Below the pieces are notes generated by a model. It made no database searches. It worked only from the letters and a program-made list of their open reading frames with translations, and was not told the origin of the DNA. The translations under genes and the position numbers were made by a program. Below are positions 56,370-64,000 of a stretch of DNA of 64,000 nucleotides, piece after piece (position 1 is the first letter of the stretch; the number at the start of each line of letters is the position of its first letter). The stretch lies in the NCBI GenBank assembly GCA_000165345.1, contig CM000433.1:768001-832000 (forward strand), read 5' to 3'.

Positions 56370-58310
56370 ATGGGTCCTAGAATTTGCCCTCAATGTTCTA
56401 GCGCTAGTATTGAAGTACACGAAGGAAGAGGAGAGACAATATGTACGAACTGTGGCACTGTTTTGGAGGAGAATACCATGGTTGAAGGCCTTCAGTTTAG
56501 TGAATGTTCCAATGGATCGATGCAAATGGTGGGACATTTTGTGCCTTCATCAGGTGTTAGAGGATTTGCAATGGTATATGGAAATAGAGAAAGCAGGGAG
56601 CACGTTCTACAGAGAGGTTATCATAATTTACAGAGAATTGCTGATCAACTACGTCTTTCTAGTAGTCATATAGAATCTGCTCAAAGAGTATTTCTGATGG
56701 CAGTTCAAAGAAGTTTTACAATAGGCAGGAACAATATGCACGTTGCATCTGCTTGCTTGTATGCGATATGTAGGAGAGAGAAGACGCCTCATATGCTTAT
56801 TGATTTTAGTGACGTTCTTCAGACTCCAGTAAAAGTTTTAGGACAAGTTTTTATGAAACTTTTGCGTTTACTTAGATTACATGTTCCAAACATTGATCCC
56901 TCAATGTTTATGGAGAGATTTGCAGCTCAAATGAAGTTAGGCGAAAAAACTCATGCCGTTGCAGCTACGGGTGTCAGAATTGTTCAAGCTCTAACAAGAA
57001 ATTGGATTACTACTGGAAGAAGACCAACTGGGTTATGTGGAGCAGCTCTACTTATTTCTGCAAGATATCACGGAATTCCTGTTAGTTCTTCAGAAATTGC
57101 TCAGATTGTAAGGATTTCTTCACCCACTTTATTGAAGAGACTTGCAGAGTTTAAACATACCTCTACAGCTCAGTTAACAGCAGATGAATTCGAAAATACA
57201 GATCTGCTCTCTCTTCCAATTGTTAGAGGGCCACCCTGTTTTGAGAAGAACCGCCTAAAGGATGAAGCAAATAAAGCTTTGGCAATTTCTAATGGTGAAG
57301 ATAAATTGGCCATTGAGGGAATAAATCCTAATATAGGTTTGGAATCGAATTATGACAAAGAAAATGAACCATTAGGTAATGATGAAGATAGAAGAAAGGA
57401 TGATCCAGAAGATGCTCAGGAAGAAGAGCAAGGCGATGAAGAGGAGGAAGAGTCTGAAACCATTGATGTTGAAGCTGATGATTTTGAGGGGCATAAGAAG
57501 AGCCTTAGTTTCCCTAAATTTTTAGGAGGAATAGAATTAGACATAAATCAAGATAAACTTTGTAATGATGAACCTACATCACAGGATATCACAACTATTG
57601 CTTCCAAACTAATTAATGCATTTGATAAGGCTAAGTGCGCCTCAGAGAATTCTCAATCAGGAACTTCGACATGTGCAGATTCAACTTCAGCAGAAGACCT
57701 AGTAATGGATCCTCTACACTTCTTGTTTAAAGATTTTGGAGATCCCCAAGTTGAAACTGAAGACAAGCAAACAGCAAAAGGAAGTATTCAGGAAGAAACT
57801 AGCATTGACAACCTAATTGAGCCTGTTAGTGGAAACAAATTAAATATTGCGAATTCGGATCTCTCCACTACAATTGGCAGTTCAGGGCTTGAAGACCGTG
57901 ATGATATCTCAAGTTCTGACGATCTGAGCGACATTAGTGATTCAGAAATTAATGATTTACTACTTGATGAGGATGAAAGAGAGGCAAAGAGGCTCCTTTG
58001 GGATGAAATTACAAAGGATACGCTTCCTCCATCGTGGCTTAGAAAGATAAACAAGGAGTCAATGAATTCGAATAATTTCCAACAAAGTGAAATTTTTGGA
58101 CTTTCAAACAATACAGCCAAAGATAATACCAACACTGGTCAGCCTAAGAAAAGAAAGACAGAACAATCGGAAAAGGAAAGTTCTAAGGCTCAGAAGGTTC
58201 AACCAGAAAATGCTATTGAAAGCGTGTTAATGGCGCTTCAAAAGGCTGGTCCAGGAGCGGCCAAACATGTTAACTCTGATACTTTAGCCAAACTGTTTAC
58301 TGTCTGCTAG
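56370..58310 (+). CDS. BRF1: TFIIB-related factor BRF1 (RNA polymerase III TFIIIB subunit)
   Basis: N-terminal zinc ribbon CPQC-x15-CTNC. Two cyclin-fold repeats (e.g. ACLYAICRREKTPHMLIDFSDVLQ). Long acidic C-terminal extension. At 646 aa this fits BRF rather than TFIIB. Confidence 0.7.
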   Translation: MGPRICPQCSSASIEVHEGRGETICTNCGTVLEENTMVEGLQFSECSNGSMQMVGHFVPSSGVRGFAMVYGNRESREHVLQRGYHNLQRIADQLRLSSSHIESAQRVFLMAVQRSFTIGRNNMHVASACLYAICRREKTPHMLIDFSDVLQTPVKVLGQVFMKLLRLLRLHVPNIDPSMFMERFAAQMKLGEKTHAVAATGVRIVQALTRNWITTGRRPTGLCGAALLISARYHGIPVSSSEIAQIVRISSPTLLKRLAEFKHTSTAQLTADEFENTDLLSLPIVRGPPCFEKNRLKDEANKALAISNGEDKLAIEGINPNIGLESNYDKENEPLGNDEDRRKDDPEDAQEEEQGDEEEEESETIDVEADDFEGHKKSLSFPKFLGGIELDINQDKLCNDEPTSQDITTIASKLINAFDKAKCASENSQSGTSTCADSTSAEDLVMDPLHFLFKDFGDPQVETEDKQTAKGSIQEETSIDNLIEPVSGNKLNIANSDLSTTIGSSGLEDRDDISSSDDLSDISDSEINDLLLDEDEREAKRLLWDEITKDTLPPSWLRKINKESMNSNNFQQSEIFGLSNNTAKDNTNTGQPKKRKTEQSEKESSKAQKVQPENAIESVLMALQKAGPGAAKHVNSDTLAKLFTVC

Positions 58311-58462
58311 GAGAGTAATAGTAGCAGGATATGGAACAATGTGGTAATTACTATATTAAAATGTGTTATTTTAGTTTAAACTATACACTCCTTAGGATTT
58401 TATCTAATGTTTTCTATTTTTTACATAAATTTTGCATGTATTAAGCATTGAATTGAATCTTG

Positions 58463-58476
58463 TTTGGCGCCCAAAG
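58463..58476. promoter_or_regulatory. palindromic E2F-like TTTGGCGCCCAAAG
   Basis: About 135 nt upstream of the ATG of the GLTP-like gene. Confidence 0.45.
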
Positions 58477-58609
58477 TTTTTTTTTGTGATGGTCAAAGTA
58501 AGACAAGTAGGTCGTCGCATCATTTTAAAGCTCACTCCATGGGATTAAGAGCTGTTGCTATAAAAGAGAAAATCTAGGTAAGATCGTATAATTTACTTTT
58601 GAATGAAAG

Positions 58610-59347
58610 ATGAATGGACTAAAGGTTTGTAATAGTCAGAGGGAACTTGTGCAAAATAGTAAACGAATTTTTCATAGTAAAGATTCTCATTTAAGAAGTT
58701 ATCCAAATTTAGAGTGCATAACCACTGCATTTAGAAATTCTGTGATTTACCCTGAAACGGTAAATAACCCACCAGTTCCGCTTTTTGAACAATTTTGTAA
58801 AGCTGCAGTTTTATATTCAGATTTTTATCAATTTGCCTTGGGTGAAAACTTTGTTTGTAATTTGCTTAGAAATGATATTAAAAACAACTCTTCCCAAGCA
58901 ATGGAGGCTTGGAAAAGAGAATCATCTGATGCAAAGACAGTTGAGGAGTTTTTAAAGTCTCAAATTAGGATACATACTCTGGACAAAATTAGATCCAATC
59001 CGAGTAGTGCAATAATTAAATTTTTATGGACTGTTAGAGCTACAAACTTTATTCAACGTTTTATAGAAAACCTAATATCAACTACAGGAGAAGATCTTCA
59101 TTGCTCTGCAAGAGATGCCTACAATAAATCTTTAAGACCTTATCATGGATATGTAAAGGTTGGAATAGCAATAATGGCATTTAAACTCGTCCCCTCAAAA
59201 ACTAATTTAATTCTCTCTCTAGGCTATCCAGATATTGAATCTGGTATAACGGCTCTCAGAAAACTTTCATCTGCATCTAAGCCTTGTATTGACCAAATTA
59301 ATGGATTAATAGAAAAATATGGTTGTAATTTTCAAAATAAAGTTTAA
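58610..59347 (+). CDS. glycolipid transfer protein (GLTP)-like
   Basis: 245 aa, all-helical, with segments resembling GLTP (AIIKFLWTVRATNFIQRFI resembles LLWLKRGL; SLRPYHGYVKVGIAIMAFKLVP resembles the L..HHGW…P pattern). Confidence 0.45.
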   Translation: MNGLKVCNSQRELVQNSKRIFHSKDSHLRSYPNLECITTAFRNSVIYPETVNNPPVPLFEQFCKAAVLYSDFYQFALGENFVCNLLRNDIKNNSSQAMEAWKRESSDAKTVEEFLKSQIRIHTLDKIRSNPSSAIIKFLWTVRATNFIQRFIENLISTTGEDLHCSARDAYNKSLRPYHGYVKVGIAIMAFKLVPSKTNLILSLGYPDIESGITALRKLSSASKPCIDQINGLIEKYGCNFQNKV

Positions 59348-59526
59348 TTTATTTAAAGGTCTAATTAAGATTAATTTCTACAAAACGATAATCATTATAA
59401 TATGAGATCAGAAAATTGCAACTTAAACTCTAATAATTGAAGCGAGAAATTAATGATATATAAAAATGAAATCACATGATAGTGATTTTGATATTTAACC
59501 TTATATATAGAAAATTAACATCTTTA

Positions 59527-61761
59527 TTAGTGATTCTGATGTTTATATAGCCATTCAATGTGAAATTTAACACAAAATCTTAAGAATTTGTCCAACAAAA
59601 GTTCAATATGATGACGGCCTACATGAGCCGGCAAAAAAATAGGCTTGTTACCGCCAAATTTTTTCATATCAAGCTTAATAATTATTGATCCTGGAAGATC
59701 AAAAATTCCTTTAAATTCAGGATACTCTTCTTCCTTAAGATGATGTCTGGGGATTCTGTAAGGATGGAATTCTTTAACTTCTTCAGTATTTTCTGTTGGC
59801 TTTTCTATCGTCTGAAGTAGTTTTAAGATATATTTAATAGGAAACTCTCTACATCTTGGAGTATCGTCAAGAGAGAGGCCATGACTATAATGTAAGTAAC
59901 TATTGAATCCACAATTGAATCTGTAAATCGGTGGAAAGTTTACGTCTATAATCTGATTATCTTCAATTGATATTGGACCTTTTCTATATCTAGATAGCTC
60001 AACACCAGGAAACCCTGCATGAATCACTCTCAGAGGATTTTTAGACTTAGCTGAGAACAAGAACTTAGAAACGCTCTCAGACACTTGCCACATTTTTCTA
60101 GGGAACTTAGAATCCTCCAATTCTTGATTAGAAAGATCATCAGTTGTGTTATTAATACTATCAAAATCATCTTCAATTTTGTCTGTACTACCTTCCTTAT
60201 TTTCCTTTTCCTTTTTGTTAAGCTCTTCTAGGCTTTTTTTATTGGTACAAGCCCTATTGAAATCTCCTTTTGGATTTCTATAAATTAAAGTATTCAATAT
60301 CTTTTCTTCGTTAAAATTAGAAATTCCATATGGGTTAAAAAGCATTTTGATAATATTTTTTTTGTTAGGATTATCAGCTAGAGTTAAGTAGTCATCTTGA
60401 ATTTCTAGCTGAAAGTTATCCACCTTATGATCCTCCTTTTCAGAGCTGGTTATCCTTAAAACACTAACAAAAAATCCTCCAGTGTTTTCTTGGTGAGGAG
60501 AAATACGGATACACTTGGATAGACTTTCCTTTATTTTTGGATCTTCAGGCGGAAACATTGATGGGAAAATGGATTCCCTTGATTGGAATGGAACTTCTTC
60601 ATAGTTATCAAAGAACTCTTTAGGTTCTTGAGACAACAATTCAACATTTGTTTCTTCACATTTATTTTTCTTATTCTTATTTTTTTTCAGTTGTTTTCTC
60701 GGAATTGGGACTCTCCATGTGCTGATCCCTCTTCCGAATTTAGTTTTTGAAATAACATCCTTCGATATTTCAGAAATAGTCAAAGGATCAACGATTTCTA
60801 CATGTATTCCTCTATTTGCTAAAGAACTAATTACCGAGGAAACAACTGCTTCATTCTCTAATGGATTAAATGAGCATGTACTATATACTAGCAAGCCTTC
60901 TTTAGGCTTAAGAATAGATAATGCCCTCAAAAGAATGTTTCTCTGGAGTCTGTGCAGACCTAGAGAAAAACTTATGGACCATTTTGCAAACAAATTTGGA
61001 TTTTTTCTCAATGTGCCATCACTGCTGCACGGTACATCACACAATATTCTGTCAAAATAAAATTTCTCCTTTAGCGACTCAGAGCTGGGATTGCTCAAAT
61101 AAATATCTGGAAAATGATCCGCAGAGTGGGTTGTTACAATTAATGAGGGAGAGTTTAAATGTCTTGTATGATGAATTAACATATGAGCTCTTCTTGTATC
61201 TAAATCATTAGCGATAACAAATCCTTTAGGGTACTCTCCTGTAACAGCCTGTTCTGATTGTAGAATCTCAATAATTTGAGAAGTCTTGCTGCCTGGAGCA
61301 GAACACAAGTCCAATACATAATGATTTGGTTTAACATCCAAAAATAAAACAGGTAACATACTCACAGCCTCTTGTCTCATAATGCTTCCCCCATCACTCA
61401 TCATAACAAGCTTCGAATGAAACTCTTTTGAAACACCAGATGATCTTCTCAGCTTGTCTCTTGATTTTGTTATCTGAAAAGCTAATCCTTTCGGATACCA
61501 TTTAATTTCTTTAATTAAGTTGTCCATTTCTTCACTATTTTCATTCAAATAAACTGTAACTGACTCAGTTTCCTTTGCAAATTCCTTTATTGATGATGAA
61601 TATGGACTAACGCCGACTACCCTGAAAGTGGACGGTAAATCTTGCTTGAGGTATTCCATAAAAAGTTCCCATTCTTCTACTGGAACTATATTTTGCTCTT
61701 TATAATACTTTTCAAACAATTTACTCTCCTTTACAAGGTCACTATAACCTTTGTTGGACAT
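59527..61761 (-). CDS. NSUN2: NOL1/NOP2/Sun-family RNA (cytosine-5) methyltransferase, NSUN2/Trm4-like
   Basis: SAM-binding DLCSAPGSKT, motif IV DRILCDVPCSSDGTLRKN and motif VI YSTCSFNPLENE with both catalytic cysteines. Long C-terminal extension. Confidence 0.8.
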   Translation of the reverse strand: MSNKGYSDLVKESKLFEKYYKEQNIVPVEEWELFMEYLKQDLPSTFRVVGVSPYSSSIKEFAKETESVTVYLNENSEEMDNLIKEIKWYPKGLAFQITKSRDKLRRSSGVSKEFHSKLVMMSDGGSIMRQEAVSMLPVLFLDVKPNHYVLDLCSAPGSKTSQIIEILQSEQAVTGEYPKGFVIANDLDTRRAHMLIHHTRHLNSPSLIVTTHSADHFPDIYLSNPSSESLKEKFYFDRILCDVPCSSDGTLRKNPNLFAKWSISFSLGLHRLQRNILLRALSILKPKEGLLVYSTCSFNPLENEAVVSSVISSLANRGIHVEIVDPLTISEISKDVISKTKFGRGISTWRVPIPRKQLKKNKNKKNKCEETNVELLSQEPKEFFDNYEEVPFQSRESIFPSMFPPEDPKIKESLSKCIRISPHQENTGGFFVSVLRITSSEKEDHKVDNFQLEIQDDYLTLADNPNKKNIIKMLFNPYGISNFNEEKILNTLIYRNPKGDFNRACTNKKSLEELNKKEKENKEGSTDKIEDDFDSINNTTDDLSNQELEDSKFPRKMWQVSESVSKFLFSAKSKNPLRVIHAGFPGVELSRYRKGPISIEDNQIIDVNFPPIYRFNCGFNSYLHYSHGLSLDDTPRCREFPIKYILKLLQTIEKPTENTEEVKEFHPYRIPRHHLKEEEYPEFKGIFDLPGSIIIKLDMKKFGGNKPIFLPAHVGRHHIELLLDKFLRFCVKFHIEWLYKHQNH

Positions 61762-61869
61762 TTTTTATTTTCTCTCCTAATTGGTTTCGAGCAGGCGATG
61801 TACCTGTATTATTTTTTTTTCTCCGTATTTACGGTTTTAATTTGACATTCAACATCAGAAATATTAGTA

Positions 61870-61890
61870 CCGGTGCTTTGGCGGGAAATT
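61870..61890. promoter_or_regulatory. CCGGTG + TTTGGCGGGAAATT composite E2F-like element
   Basis: About 110 nt upstream of the NSUN2 ATG (minus strand). The same intergenic region serves the divergent last gene. Confidence 0.45.
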
Positions 61891-62374
61891 ATTTTGTTGA
61901 ATAAATAAACAAAAATAACAAAATTTTATTCATTTAAAAACTGATTTATTGGATAAAAATAGTTTACAAGTAACTAGATCCAGAATATTAACCTTTATTG
62001 AATGAATAGAATTCTATTAAAATATTTTATATTGTATGGATCAATGTTTGACCAAATCAACATGCATGCAATATTGCCAGAGAAAATACTTAATGCATAA
62101 TAGGTAAAAAAGATTAAAGCAAAATAAAGTTTAAAACATCAATTGTGTGGAGTTTTAAATAACAAATAGTAAATTTTCTAAAAATGAGATCACCACACTT
62201 TTTTGTAAAAAATGAATACTAAGGACCTAATGGATAAAGGAAAAAATACTAATATTTGGAAAATTAGTGAAAGGTATAAAAGAGGCCAAATAAATCTTTT
62301 TATTTATGACCGAAAATATAATATATGAGATAAAAATCCAATAATCTCAAAAGGTATCATTTACTTTAAGCAAG

Positions 62375-64000
62375 ATGAAATTTTTCCTGCTTTTTTTAAT
62401 ACTTGCAACATTATTGGAAAAAATTGTTTGTCAAACTGCTCCATCAGCATACCCAACAAGTACTTATGATCAATTTGCTTCTCATTTTAGACAGCCATAT
62501 TCTACAATAGTAGTCACAGGAAGTCAAGGTCCTGATTATTTCAGTTCATTGTACGCATATCCTCAATTTCCGCAACTACTTACACCATGCAATCATATGT
62601 ATCCAATGAACATAATAATTGGAAATACAAATAGTCAAAGTGGATTTTCCATTGAGTTTGGTTGTAACTACAAAAATCTCAAAGATACAATAGTAGTAAG
62701 TAGTAGTTATTCACACCTTAATATTAACTCAACGGCTATTTTAGAAGGAGCGTGTACATACTTTGCATCTTATTTAAATATGGCAAGCTTTTCAGTATTT
62801 CAAACAAATTCCTATACTAATATCACATATTTGGTTCCTGGAAATATAGTTTCTCATACTCTTTCTTTGATCCCAACATCGAGCGCAATCTTAGGAACTC
62901 ACTCAAAATTTGAATGGATTAATTCTCACTTCTTTAGTAGAAAAGCCAAATATGATCTTCCTACATTTTTAAACTTTGTTGGAGATTTTAGTGGAACATT
63001 TTCTCTTCCTCTCACTTATAAGATATTTCTTCCTGATGATGTACTACCATCTGTGACTGTAGTAGGATCTCAATCTGAAAGGTATTACATGGATCAGTTT
63101 AATGTTACCCTTACACATGGAAATTTCACAAGCCCAAGTAATTCTGGCTCAAGCTCTCAATTAAATAATAATTGGCTTCCTAAAAAAGGACTTGCAGGAA
63201 TAATTCCTATAGTGTATCCCACTGTTGCAATTATGCCAATTCAATTATATCAAGACTGGAGAAAAGACGAAAATAAAGTTGTTCCTTCATGGGGAGCAAG
63301 CAATATCCCTTTAGGATTTTCACCATTAAGAGTTCTTCCTCCTTCAAATTTTCCAAAAACAGGTTATAGAGGGTGTGGAAGTAACTTTGATTTTTACTAT
63401 CCAGAAAGCTCAGAATTTGTAAATGGAAATATTGTTGATAAAAACAAAACTCTTAGCTTACTAAAAAATGTATCAGACTCGAATACATATTATATGAATA
63501 CTCTTCAAGGGACTTTCTTCTTTAATAAGGTTCCATATTCAATGAGTGGAGATACTAATGGGCAATTGAAGGATATTCTCCCAGGATATGCATTTCTGGA
63601 TACAAACTATATTGGAGGTTGTTTCTTTAATGGAACGTATCCATTAGCTGTAAGTGAGCTTGGAGCAGGATTCAAAGCTGGTTCTCTGTGTTTTACAGAT
63701 ACTATGGATAGTTATCCAACTTCAAATAGCCAATTTTATCCTCCTCCACTAAAACATTCAGGGTTTCTTACTCAACCTGGCCATTTGGTGGGCGTACTAA
63801 CTACAATGAGTCAGTTTGTTAGATACTCAGTTTCAGGTGGTATTTCTCAAAACGAGCCTCAAAACTTACGTCCATTTAGTCATAAATACCCGGGATTGGG
63901 AATTTCACAGTCAATAATTTATGATGTATTTAACCATGGGCCAAGAATAATGGTTAAGTCCCCCCTTAACGTTTATGACAAATCTTCAATTGAAATTCCA
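62375..64000 (+). CDS. secreted hypothetical protein, 3'-truncated by the window end (at least 542 aa)
   Basis: ATG at 62375 gives signal peptide MKFFLLFLILATLLEKIVCQ. The frame is open to the last base of the window. There are several NxS/T sequons. It is not in the ORF track because no stop is reached. Confidence 0.55.
   Translation, partial: MKFFLLFLILATLLEKIVCQTAPSAYPTSTYDQFASHFRQPYSTIVVTGSQGPDYFSSLYAYPQFPQLLTPCNHMYPMNIIIGNTNSQSGFSIEFGCNYKNLKDTIVVSSSYSHLNINSTAILEGACTYFASYLNMASFSVFQTNSYTNITYLVPGNIVSHTLSLIPTSSAILGTHSKFEWINSHFFSRKAKYDLPTFLNFVGDFSGTFSLPLTYKIFLPDDVLPSVTVVGSQSERYYMDQFNVTLTHGNFTSPSNSGSSSQLNNNWLPKKGLAGIIPIVYPTVAIMPIQLYQDWRKDENKVVPSWGASNIPLGFSPLRVLPPSNFPKTGYRGCGSNFDFYYPESSEFVNGNIVDKNKTLSLLKNVSDSNTYYMNTLQGTFFFNKVPYSMSGDTNGQLKDILPGYAFLDTNYIGGCFFNGTYPLAVSELGAGFKAGSLCFTDTMDSYPTSNSQFYPPPLKHSGFLTQPGHLVGVLTTMSQFVRYSVSGGISQNEPQNLRPFSHKYPGLGISQSIIYDVFNHGPRIMVKSPLNVYDKSSIEIP

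Noticed and set aside
1-64000. Prokaryotic features (CRISPR arrays, operons, IS elements, rho-independent terminators) and rRNA genes
   Set aside because: The window shows spliceosomal GTAAGT…AG introns, eukaryote-only gene families (NAC-alpha, BRF1, V-ATPase d, Pam18, derlin), monocistronic genes with individual upstream boxes, and no direct-repeat/spacer arrays or rRNA-like conserved blocks.

Overview
This is a gene-dense, AT-rich (roughly 30% GC) eukaryotic chromosomal segment with about 27 protein-coding genes in 64 kb and very few short introns. Stop codons are standard (TAA/TAG/TGA). I found no rRNA, tRNA, CRISPR array or transposon. The most likely source is a Cryptosporidium-like apicomplexan, but that is inference from three things: near-palindromic E2F-like boxes (TTTGGCGCCAAA / TTTGGCGGGAA) 35-200 nt upstream of almost every gene, intergenic GCATGC motifs, a giant TSP1-domain surface protein, and mitosome-type import genes.

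Recognisable housekeeping genes are derlin, V-ATPase subunit d, cyclophilin (two exons), adenylate kinase, MPP-beta-like M16 peptidase (two exons), a TPT/SLC35 transporter, DNAJB12-like ER J-protein, NAC-alpha, a 5'-nucleotidase-family phosphoesterase, a DTW-domain protein, a hotdog thioesterase, an MFS transporter, GrpE, Pam18/Tim14, a J-like protein with HPD changed to YPD, BRF1, a GLTP-like protein and an NSUN2/Trm4 m5C RNA methyltransferase.

The main items worth a second look are:
- a 3,869-aa type I membrane protein (29242-40851) built from a signal peptide, about 13 TSP1 repeats, a recurrent ShKT-like + Notch/LNR didomain cassette, Sushi/CCP modules, a transmembrane helix and a cytoplasmic tail, carrying a tandem internal duplication with a 97-nt perfectly identical core;
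- a secreted 613-aa N-glycan-rich protein with Kazal-like domains at both ends;
- a domain-less 3,709-aa low-complexity protein;
- a tight GrpE / Pam18 / J-like neighbourhood, plus an MPP-beta-like gene elsewhere;
- a recurrent composite GGCGGGAA + CCGGTA promoter element;
- a G-rich inverted repeat in a 1-kb intergenic region;
- two small unannotated ORFs, each with an E2F-like box about 50 nt upstream, one with a candidate 52-nt intron.

Every call comes from reading the sequence and recalling family signatures. No database search was possible.
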